DNA of 64,000 bases from NCBI GenBank assembly GCA_965261595.1, contig CBDHDG010000006.1, positions 928,001 through 992,000 on the forward strand, read 5' to 3'. Below are positions 42,624 through 50,721 of the stretch, piece by piece (position 1 is the first letter of the stretch; every line of letters begins with the position of its first letter). The DNA comes from a bacterium (GTDB lineage: Bacteria; UBA8248; JACPRG01; G963555815). The notes beneath the pieces are model-generated. The model saw nothing but the letters and a program-made list of their open reading frames with translations. It made no database searches and was not told the origin of the DNA. A program made the position numbers and the translations under genes.

Positions 42624-44024
42624 CTACGGCAGGTCGTTCTTGCTGATCAAAAAATCCCGGACGAGATTGCTCTCTGTCTTGGGAAGTGGAACGGACGATC
42701 CGTTGAGCTCGACGACGGTGCTGGTGGCGTTCCCTATCGTCAGAACAAACGTCTTGTTCCCGCTCCAGCGCCGGCTCTCCCCTTCCAGCAGGAAGATCTC
42801 ATCCCGCTGATTTCCGTCCACAATCACGCGCAGCCAGGTGTCCCCCTTGGCCGTGATGTTCAGAACCAGAGGCGACTGCCAGGAGGATGGGGCGGTTTTT
42901 TTCTTGAGGGTGACTTTCACCTCGGCGTTGTCCACAACCTTTTCGGTTACGGCCTCGCCCGCCGAGGCCGCTCGCGCGTCCGGAGGGGGCGGGGAACCGG
43001 ACTTCGGGATCGTCTCCGCCACCGCGGGCGTCGGCCGGCTGTCCCCCTCGGCCGCGGAGGAAGACGGAAGGATCCCGTTCTTCTTCTCGGCCTGGACTTC
43101 GGGGGTCTTCGGGTTCCGGTCCGCTTTTGGCTTGTTGACCTTCACGGCGGTTTTGGCTTCGGAGACCTTCGGAATTCGGTCCGTCTTCGGCCGGTTGATC
43201 TTCGCGGCGGCTCTGGCTTCGGAGGCCTTCGGCCCGGCCGGGTTCACCACCTTCGGAGCGGCCGGACGGCGCGCCTTTCGGGGGACGGCGCCCACGGCCT
43301 TCTCCGCCGGGGGCTTTTCCCCCTGATCCGGCCCGAGCTTCCACCCTTCGACGTAGAAATAATATCCCACGCCCAGCACCAGAAGGAAGAACGCCGCGGC
43401 GGGGATCCGTGTGCGCAAAGCACGCCGGGACTCCGTGAGCCGGGCGCTCCATTCCGGGAAGATAAAATCGGCCTCTTCCTCAGCTTGCTGGGCGGGGGGA
43501 TGGAACCGGGAGAGAAGGTCATCCGCACTGAGACCGATTTCCGCCGCCAGTATTTTCAGGAACCCCCGGACGATGGGCGTATGCGGGACGTCTTCATATC
43601 GGTCCTCTTCGAGCGCCGATATGATCCGCCCTTTGATCTTGGTGGTGGAAGCCAACTGATCGATGGTGATTCCCGCCGCTTCCCGATGTCGCCGCAGGTA
43701 TTCGCCCAGCGGTTCAGGGGCGGGTGAATCGGCTTCCTCCGTGGAGGGGGGGAGGGGGACATCCTCATCCGGCGCTTTTTCCGTCTGTGAATCCGGGAAA
43801 GACGCGTCCCCCACCGGAGTGAACAGCTCTCCGGGAAACTCATCGTCCAACTTCCCCGAATCCTCATCGGAGACTTCAAGACCCGTCAAACCAGGCTGAA
43901 TCCTATCCGAATAAGCCCCGCTCGAAACATCGGCCGAGGTCTCCCGCGGGGTCTCTTCCGGCGATTGGCCGTTCTGAGCGCCCGTGTCGGATTGAGAATT
44001 CAGATGCTCATCCATGTCACTCAT
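42624..44024 (-). CDS. rodZ: RodZ-like protein (HTH, TM helix, DUF4115 domain)
   Basis: LGEYLRRHRE...TKIK..ALEE HTH, TM helix, C-terminal TWLRVIVDG...IGNA..LNG. Confidence 0.8.
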   Translation of the reverse strand: MSDMDEHLNSQSDTGAQNGQSPEETPRETSADVSSGAYSDRIQPGLTGLEVSDEDSGKLDDEFPGELFTPVGDASFPDSQTEKAPDEDVPLPPSTEEADSPAPEPLGEYLRRHREAAGITIDQLASTTKIKGRIISALEEDRYEDVPHTPIVRGFLKILAAEIGLSADDLLSRFHPPAQQAEEEADFIFPEWSARLTESRRALRTRIPAAAFFLLVLGVGYYFYVEGWKLGPDQGEKPPAEKAVGAVPRKARRPAAPKVVNPAGPKASEARAAAKINRPKTDRIPKVSEAKTAVKVNKPKADRNPKTPEVQAEKKNGILPSSSAAEGDSRPTPAVAETIPKSGSPPPPDARAASAGEAVTEKVVDNAEVKVTLKKKTAPSSWQSPLVLNITAKGDTWLRVIVDGNQRDEIFLLEGESRRWSGNKTFVLTIGNATSTVVELNGSSVPLPKTESNLVRDFLISKNDLP

Positions 44025-44273
44025 CCATCCACCTTCCCATTCGCCCGAAAGGAGACTGGCCCCCCCTACGGGCAAGCAGATCCCCTGATAAGTCGCGCCA
44101 CCCTTTTCTACAACGAAAAATGTACTACACTTGCAAAAGGAATGTCCAATAAACTAATCACTTAACTCTATATGACGCCTCCGGCCCCACACTTCAATCC
44201 TTCCGGAAAATTCAACGTAATTTTTACATATTGAATATTCGGGACCGTGAATGGCGGACCATCTAAAATTCCA

Positions 44274-44305
44274 TTGACTCCGTACCCGACTCCGGGGATT
44301 ATCTT
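44274..44305 (+). promoter_or_regulatory. MerR-type promoter/operator with a long spacer
   Basis: TTGACT (44274-44279), 20-nt spacer CCGTACCCGACTCCGGGGAT with imperfect dyad CCGTAC..CTCCGG, TATCTT (44300-44305); begins like the Tn501/Tn21 PmerT TTGACTCCGTAC. Confidence 0.82.
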
Positions 44306-44366
44306 GACGATCAGCCTTTGACCACGCCGATCGGCGACACGCCTTCTCCCCTAGGAGCTGAGGATA

Positions 44367-44612
44367 ATGGAACAGAAAGAGGTTACCCTATACACATCGA
44401 GCTTGTGAGCGTCTTGCAGAGGCGTGAAAGAGTTTCTTTCACATCACAGCATTCCCTACCAGGAGCACTTGATCGACCAAGACCAGGAAGCGATGAACAC
44501 CTTGGTTGAGAAAACCGGACGCAAAGCCACTCCCGTGCTTCTCATTGGCGAGGAAACCGTGGTGGGCTTTGACCGTCGAAAAATCTCGGACCTTTTGGAG
44601 ATTGGTCGATGA
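44367..44612 (+). CDS. Glutaredoxin/NrdH-like selenoprotein (U-A-S-C; Sec at TGA 44406-44408)
   Basis: GAGG RBS then ATG; MEQKEVTLYTSSL-U-ASC-RGVKEFL...KTGRKATPVLLIGEETVVGFD; SECIS-like hairpin at 44424-44442. Confidence 0.85.
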
Positions 44613-44968
44613 ACGCTTCAGAGCGAAGGCTCCGCTGCCCTGGCTGCGAAATGGACATTCCAGTCCCGTGGGACGCCAAGAACGGCGACGTTACTGAGTG
44701 TGAGAACTGCGCGGGTGTTCTGTTTCGCCTCTCCGAACAGGACGGCGGGGACATCCTGCGGCTCGTGCTGCTTGTCTCGTGTCCTTTCTGCGAGGAGACA
44801 ATCCCGGTGGACGATAACACGCCCGAGGGGACCGTCATTCGTCACGGGGGGGCGGAATTTTCGCTGACGAAGGAGTTCGGCGCTTTCTCGCTGGAGCTCG
44901 CCGGCGGCCAAAGACCCGGCCTGGTTCCGGCAGCGGACGCGGACAAAGCGCGAGGGACGGCAGGTTGA
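44609..44968 (+). CDS. Tandem zinc-ribbon protein (LysW-like fold)
   Basis: CPGC...CENC then CPFC...; ATGA overlap with the glutaredoxin gene. Confidence 0.65.
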   Translation: MNASERRLRCPGCEMDIPVPWDAKNGDVTECENCAGVLFRLSEQDGGDILRLVLLVSCPFCEETIPVDDNTPEGTVIRHGGAEFSLTKEFGAFSLELAGGQRPGLVPAADADKARGTAG

Positions 44969-45267
44969 AGCCGCAAAGATCAATCACGGGAAAAATCATG
45001 CTGGGCGCGGCCTTCTTTCTGTGCCCCTGCCACCTGCCCATCTACCTGGCCCTGTTGGGCGGAACGGCCGCGGGCGCGCTGCTCTCCGAGAACGCGTACA
45101 CCGCCGGGGCCGTCCTGGCCCTCGCGTTCCTCGCGGCGCTCGTTCTGGGGTTGCGCATGCCGGGGAAGAACATTTCCAAGGCCGGGGCCGCCTCGGAGCG
45201 GGACCCATCCGATACCGGAGGGCAACCTCTCCGGCACGGTCGAATCCGGCGGGCGCCCCTTGGATGA
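44965..45267 (+). CDS. merE: MerE-like mercury transporter
   Basis: CPCHLPI...GGTAAGALLSE signature. Confidence 0.82.
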   Translation: MKPQRSITGKIMLGAAFFLCPCHLPIYLALLGGTAAGALLSENAYTAGAVLALAFLAALVLGLRMPGKNISKAGAASERDPSDTGGQPLRHGRIRRAPLG

Positions 45268-45279
45268 GGGAGAATCGCG

Positions 45280-45618
45280 TTGCGCTTGAAAGAGGTATTT
45301 CCCGGAGCGGCCGGCGTCCTGACTTCCTTGGGGGCCTCCATCTGCTGCCTCCTCCCGCTCGCGGTGATTTACCTGGGACTCGGAACGGGATCCTTCATGG
45401 CAACGACCATGAAGTACCGCCCCATCGTATTTCCATTGGGGGTGATCGGCCTCGGCGCCGGTTACTTCCTTTACTTCCGGGAGCGAAAACGCTGTCGACG
45501 CGTGGCGTGCAGAATGGCGGGCTCCAAAATCAACCTGGCCTTGCTGGCGGCGGCGACGATCATCATGGCGGGTGTCGTGTGGGCCGATTTCTTCTCGGGC
45601 GTCCTGGCCATGATGTGA
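45280..45618 (+). CDS. merT: MerT-like mercuric transporter
   Basis: ASICCLLPL in TM1, YRP, cytoplasmic C....C pair, three TM helices. Confidence 0.85.
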   Translation: MRLKEVFPGAAGVLTSLGASICCLLPLAVIYLGLGTGSFMATTMKYRPIVFPLGVIGLGAGYFLYFRERKRCRRVACRMAGSKINLALLAAATIIMAGVVWADFFSGVLAMM

Positions 45619-45635
45619 CGCAAAAGGGGGAAGCG

Positions 45636-45968
45636 ATGTCAGGCGTGCATCGTCCGTGGAATGGGTTGAAATGTGTGGTTCTGGCGGCCGTCTTCGCCAT
45701 GGCGCTCGGCGGGTGCGAAGGAGACCCGGTTCCATCGGCCGAAGCCGGGGAGCGGGTGACTCTGAGGGTTTCGGGGATGACGTGAGGCGCCTGAGCGGTC
45801 ACCGCGAAACCAGCCTTGGAAAGGCTGGATGGAGTGAGAAAAGCCCGGGTGAGCCTCTCGAAGGGAGAGGCGTACGTCACGTATGACCCAAGCCGGGTCA
45901 CGGTGGCGCAGATGATTGCGGCCATCAACCGCCTGGGGTTCAAAGGCGGCATGAAAGAAGGATCGTAG
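45636..45968 (+). CDS. merP: MerP-like periplasmic HMA protein with two putative selenocysteines (GMT-U-G-A-U)
   Basis: Lipoprotein-like leader ending LGGC; VTLRVSGMT-TGA(45783)-GGC-GCC-TGA(45792)-AVTAKPALERLDGVRKARVSLSKGEAYVTYDPSRVTVAQMIAAINRLGF; hairpin at 45810-45828. Confidence 0.85.
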
Positions 45969-46073
45969 GCGGGCCTCGATGGGTCCGCGGAGAGGATTTC
46001 CGCTGATCGGATACGGCCGATGGTCCGGGTGGTCTCCTTCGGCCGGGATACGTTGAGTGGGGGCATGGACAAT

Positions 46074-46301
46074 ATGGAAGATAGAAAGCTGCTTCGCACG
46101 GGAGGCGCGGGGACGGTTGTTGCCGCGATTTGCTGTTTCACGCCGGCCCTCGTCCTGCTGTTCGGGGTGATGGGTCTATCGGCCTGGGTCGGTTGGCTGG
46201 ATTACGTCCTTTGGCCCGCGCTTGTGATATTTGCCGGAATGACGGTCTATGCCCTTATCCGGCTGAGGAAGAAACCATCCGTCCACCGCAAAGGGACCTG
46301 A
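46074..46301 (+). CDS. merF: MerF-like mercury transporter
   Basis: KLLRTG..GTVVAAICCFTP.LV.L...GLSA..GWLDYVL.PAL signature. Confidence 0.9.
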   Translation: MEDRKLLRTGGAGTVVAAICCFTPALVLLFGVMGLSAWVGWLDYVLWPALVIFAGMTVYALIRLRKKPSVHRKGT

Positions 46302-46802
46302 TTCAAAGAAAGGCCGAATAATGAGGTTTTGGTCTTTTCTTCTTTCCATCAAGACACATCTCCCTTCGCCAAGACCAAAACTTTCCTCGCGAGCCGATCA
46401 AACCAATAGTTGAGGGGTCCAAGATGGCTGAGTCCTTGCGTTCCAAAGAGGGTTCCTTGACATTGATTGCCTTGATCGCGGGAGGGGTCTTGCCACTCCT
46501 GATCGTTTTTGGCTCCGCCCGTCTACTGCCCATGCCGACCCTTTTCTGGGCTGTCGGCGTCCCGGCGGAAATCGTTCTTTTTGGGGTTCTGCTCTACGCT
46601 CGTTCGGCCGGACCGGAGCGCTTGTATCGGAGGCTTTGGGTGGGGTGATCGGCGGCGTATTGCTCACCTTGTCATTGGATGCCGTCCGAACCGCAGGGGT
46701 CAACATCGGTTACCTTCCGGATTCCGTGTCGATGTTCGGGCGCTTGGAGTTGACCCGGTTTGGTGGACACCTGATGATTTGGGGGTAAAGGAGGTGTTCA
46801 CG

Positions 46803-47117
46803 ATGCCACAGACTCACCCACGCTATCCAATGGAGTTCCGCTGCCAGATGGTAGAGTTGGTCCGGGCGGGACGCACGCCCGAGGCGCTGGCGCACGAGTT
46901 CGAGCCCTCGGCGCAGACGATCCGCACCTGGGCCCATCAAGCCGACGTTGACGAGGGGCGTCGCAAAGACGGGCTCACGAGCGATGAGCGGGAGGAGTTG
47001 CGCCGACTTCGCCGCGAGAACCGACAGCTCCGCCAGGAGCGGGAGATCTTAGCAAAAGCCGCGGCCTGGTTTGCTCGGGAGACCGATTCGATCCCGTCCG
47101 GATCTACGGGTTCGTGA
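46803..47117 (+). CDS. IS3 transposase OrfA
   Basis: HTH followed by ELRRLRRENRQLRQEREILAKAAAWF. Confidence 0.9.
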   Translation: MPQTHPRYPMEFRCQMVELVRAGRTPEALAHEFEPSAQTIRTWAHQADVDEGRRKDGLTSDEREELRRLRRENRQLRQEREILAKAAAWFARETDSIPSGSTGS

Positions 47118-47965
47118 GGGCGAACCAGGCCATGTATCGGACCGCCACCATGTGCCGGGTGCTGGGCGTCTCCTCCAGCGGCTACTACGCGTGGCGCAGG
47201 CGCGCGCCGTGTGCCCGCTCGTGTGCCGATCGGGCGCTCACCAAACGCATTCAGGCGATCCACGAGCGTTCTCGGGGGACTTACGGCGTGCCGCGCGTCC
47301 ATGCCGAGTTGGAGGCTGAGGGAGTGCGTGTGGGCCGCAAGCGCGTCGCCAGGCTGATGCGTGGGGCGGGACTTGCGGGCGTCAGTCGGCGCAAGGGAGC
47401 GCGCACGACGCAGCGCCGGCAGGAGGCGCGGCCGGCCCCTGATCTGGTGGACCGCAACTTCACGGCCGAGGCCCCCGACCGGCTGTGGGTGGCCGACATC
47501 ACCTACGTTCCGACATGGGCGGGGTTTTTGTATCTGGCCGTGGCGCTCGATGCGTTCAGCCGGCGCATCGTGGGGTGGTCGATGGCCACACACCTGCGGG
47601 CCGAGTTGGTGCTCGACGCGCTCGACATGGCGCTGTACAAGCGCCGTCCCCGGGCCGTCATCCACCACTCCGACCAGGGCAGCACGCAGTACACCTCGGT
47701 CGCCTTTGGGCAGCGCTGCCGGCAGGCGGGCGTGCGTCCCTCCATGGGTTCGGTCGGGGACTGCTACGACAACGCGCTGTGTGAGAGCTTTTTCGCCACG
47801 CTGGAGTGCGAGCTCCTCGCTCGCCACAGTTTCCGCACCCGGGCCGAGGCGCGCATGGAGGTGTTCGGGTTCATCGAGGGCTTCTACAACCCGCATCGTC
47901 GGCACTCCTCCATCGACAACCTGTCACCCGTTAACTACGAAAGGAGACAACAACGCACACCCTGA
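47114..47965 (+). CDS. IS3 transposase OrfB (DDE)
   Basis: WVADITY, HHSDQGS and DNALCESFF motifs. Confidence 0.93.
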   Translation: MRANQAMYRTATMCRVLGVSSSGYYAWRRRAPCARSCADRALTKRIQAIHERSRGTYGVPRVHAELEAEGVRVGRKRVARLMRGAGLAGVSRRKGARTTQRRQEARPAPDLVDRNFTAEAPDRLWVADITYVPTWAGFLYLAVALDAFSRRIVGWSMATHLRAELVLDALDMALYKRRPRAVIHHSDQGSTQYTSVAFGQRCRQAGVRPSMGSVGDCYDNALCESFFATLECELLARHSFRTRAEARMEVFGFIEGFYNPHRRHSSIDNLSPVNYERRQQRTP

Positions 47966-48289
47966 AAACCCAAGTGCTTAACTCTCCACGAAACCGGGGT
48001 AAGTCCATTGCGTTTGGAGTGGTCTATTCAATCCTTTTTGGAAAGACCCGATGGTGGGGCGCCGTGCTTTATAGCGTCTTCTTTGTAGAGCTTGGCATGA
48101 TGACCCTTCCACCGATGGCGAAAATGATGGGACCTTTCGGCGTCAACAAGTTCGGCACAATTTGGAACGGGATGTTCATAACCACATTGCTCGCTCACGC
48201 CGCGATGGGGGTTGTGCTCGGTGTTGTGATTCAGAAGTGGGGAAAGCACCCCGGTTTGTTTTTCTCAAGTAGAAGCATAGGCGCGTAGT

Positions 48290-48538
48290 GTGGTGCTATC
48301 GGAACTTCATATCGAGGGCATGACGTGACCCAAGTGCGTCAAACGGGTCCGTGAGTCCCTGAAAAAATCCCCGGGAGTTCAGGACGTCCAAGTTTCTTTG
48401 GAGACGGGACGGGCCGTTATTTGGATGAAAAAAGGAAGCCTACCCACAGAGGACCTCCTCGAACAGGTGGTGGAAGCGGCCAAAGGCGCCTTCCATTCCT
48501 ACGTCGCCCGCTGGGTTAAACCCCCCTCTTCGAATTAA
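48290..48538 (+). CDS. Stand-alone HMA (CopZ/NmerA-like) selenoprotein (GMT-U-P-K-C; TGA 48326-48328)
   Basis: Absent from the ORF track; MVLSELHIEGMT-U-PKC-VKRVRESLKKSPGVQDVQVSLETGRAVI...; SECIS hairpin weak. Confidence 0.8.
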
Positions 48539-48687
48539 GCCGCATCCGCTGATTCGGAGAGTCATCAGCACCAAATCCCGAACCCTTTTCGGACTCCACG
48601 CAGATGAGACAATCAGAGAGACCCCGGCTGTCATCCAATGCTCCTCGAAGCCGATCTGGATTTTGAGGGAAGCGTTTGGAGAGCGAC

Positions 48688-50044
48688 ATGGCTTTAAAGT
48701 CATACGACCTCATCGTCATCGGAACGGGGTCTGCGGCCTCTGCGGCAGCATCCGAATGCCGCACCGCCGGGTGGACCGTGGCGGTTATCGATTCCCGTCC
48801 TTACGGGGGGACATGCGCCCTGCGCGGCTGCGACCCCAAGAAGGTGCTCGTCGCCGCGGCCGAGGCCCTCCACTGGGGGCATCGCTTGAGGGGCCGCGGG
48901 GTTCGTCCCGGCGATGCGCGGATCGACTGGCCCGAGTTGATGGACTTCAAGCGCACGTTCACCGAATCCGTGGCGCAGAGCCACGAGCGGTGGTTCGCCG
49001 AAGTCGGGATCGACGGATACCACGGGCGGGCGAAGTTTATCGGCCCCGTCTCTGTTCAAGTCGGCGGCGACGATCTGGAGGCCAAACACGTCTTCATCGC
49101 CTCCGGCGCCATGCCGGCCAGGCTCGGGATCCCGGGAGAAGGGCATCTGATCGCGAGCGAAGACTTCCTTGAGCTGGACGAGCTGCCGGAGCGTATCGTT
49201 TTCGTGGGGGGCGGCTACATCTCCATGGAGTTCGCGACCGTTTCCGTCTGCGCCGGAGCTGAGGTCACCGTCCTTCACCGGGGTCCGCGACTCCTGCGTG
49301 GATTCGATCCCGGCTCGGCGGACTTGGTCGCGGAGGCGGCTCGCGGGAGCGGCATCGACCTGAAGTTGGAGACTCGGGTCGAAAGCATAACAAAGACTGC
49401 CGGCGGCTTTGTCGTTGAGGCATCCTCACCCGCGGGATCGCAAACGGTTGAAGCCGACTTGGTGGTGCACGGCGCCGGTCGGGTGGCTGAGATTGAGGAT
49501 CTCGACCTGGGAGCGGCCGGCGTGGAGCGGGGGAAGCGGGGAGTATTGGTGAACGAGTATCTGCAAAGCACCTCGAATCCGGCGGTCTATGCAGCGGGAG
49601 ACGCGGCGCGAAACGGAAGGACAGCCTCTCACGCCCGTGGCAGGGGTCGAAGGAGGGGTTGTGGCAGCAAATCTATTAAATGGGAACAAAGTTAAGCCTG
49701 ATTACACCGGAACGGCAACAGTGGCATTCACATTGCCGCCGATTGCCGCGGTGGGACTGAGAGAAGATGAAGCCAGGAAGAAGGGGCTCAAGTTTCAGGT
49801 GAATTTCCAGGACACGTCTGGATGGTATTCGACACGGCGCATGGGCGAGAAATACTCGGCATCCAAGGTGTTGGTCGAGGAAGACACGGGGCGGCTGCTC
49901 GGTGCGCACCTCCTCGGGCCGTCTGCGGATGAGCTGATCAACCTCTTTGCGCTTGCCATCCGCCACGGTCTCACCGCCGAGGGTCTAAAGGAGGTGATCT
50001 TCGCGTATCCGACGCACGCGTCTGACGTGGGTTATATGGTCTGA
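48688..50044 (+). CDS. Pyridine nucleotide-disulfide oxidoreductase, glutathione-reductase-like (frameshift at ~49608)
   Basis: GTGSAA, GGTCALRGCDPKK, GGGYI and YAAGD motifs, then LTPVA...YPTHASD in the 49589 frame; lacks the NmerA domain and the C-terminal Cys-Cys of MerA. Confidence 0.85.
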
Positions 50045-50100
50045 AGAGCACGCCCTTTGTCCAATTTCGTGATGAGAAAGGGTCATTTGGGAGATGTCAA

Positions 50101-50717
50101 ATGGAAACCTCAAAATTGCCTCAGCTCAGAGAGCATTTCAATCAGGCATGCGATTCCGTGAGGGTTCTTACAATCCTCTCTCCTACCTAACCCGTATGTC
50201 ACTACGGGCATGGAGTTGTCCGGAAGCTCTTCGAGGAGATTGACGCGAATGCGCTCAAGGGTTTTTCAATATGGCTTCCCATCATGGACGGGGACAACGC
50301 CGATGCCGCGAGGGCCGAATCAGAGAATTTCCCGGATGAACGGGTAGAGCACAGTTGGGATTCCGAAGGACAATTTGGCCGGCTCTTTGCGAAGTTTCTC
50401 AATTTGAAAGGTGTCGCGTGGGATGTTCACTTGCTCTACGCGCCGGGTGTCACCTGGGGTGTGGATGAGCCGCCCAAACCTGCATTCTGGATGCACCAAC
50501 TTCCTCCAGTAACGGGAGCCGATGGGAAACTTCTTTGAACCCAGGTAGATTTTCACACGAGCTGATGAATCTCCTTGGAAGAGAGGATCCGCATATGGCT
50601 TGGGATATGGCCTTTATGTTGCACGTTGGCGGTATTGGCGGGGTCATGAGGGAGAGGGCTCAGTCTTCACTGGAAGAGGTCCTCAAGGCCGTCGATCCTA
50701 CGAAGGAAGGACCGTGA
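50101..50717 (+). CDS. Thioredoxin-fold protein with TAA at the first position of an SPT-x-PV-C motif (plus a frameshift at ~50536)
   Basis: METSKLPQLREHFNQACDSVRVLTILSPT-TAA(50188)-PVCHYG...IWLPIM.GD...WD...AWDVHLLYAPG..W...FWMHQL in a single frame; hairpin at 50205-50222. Confidence 0.65.
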
Positions 50718-50721
50718 ATCG

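Larger units (their letters stand above)
46745..48007 (+). mobile_element. IS3-family insertion sequence (1263 bp)
   Basis: TG...CA ends; imperfect IRs TGGAGTTGACCCGGTTTGGTGGA versus TGGACTTACCCCGGTTTCGTGGA (reverse complement of the right end); orfA and orfB inside. Confidence 0.93.
46424..48288 (+). pseudogene. Multi-pass membrane protein disrupted by IS3, with a frameshift at ~46645
   Basis: 5' part MAESL...WVG(VIGGVLLTLSLDAVRTAG...MFGRL) up to 46744; 3' part AFGVVYSILFG...LLAHAAMG...GA* in 48008-48288. Confidence 0.65.

Noticed and set aside
43090..43235. 60-bp (20-aa) degenerate tandem repeat in the rodZ linker
   Set aside because: Ordinary low-complexity linker expansion, not an array.
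46646..46753. TGA followed in frame by SAAYCSPCH (possible Sec plus a CxxCH heme motif)
   Set aside because: The alternative frame gives a hydrophobic continuation (GVIGGVLLTLSLDAVR...MFGRL) after one missing G in a G run; the TGA is not in a CxxC context.
48688..50044. Calling the reductase merA
   Set aside because: No C-terminal Cys-Cys, no NmerA domain, and a non-MerA active-site sequence.
50536..50538. TGA in the Trx-fold gene as a further Sec
   Set aside because: Read-through meets another stop after eight codons; a missing T in the T run explains it.
44367..50717. Genetic code with UGA as Trp or Gly
   Set aside because: TGA terminates many normal genes here and TGG is used for Trp; the internal TGAs sit at Cys positions.
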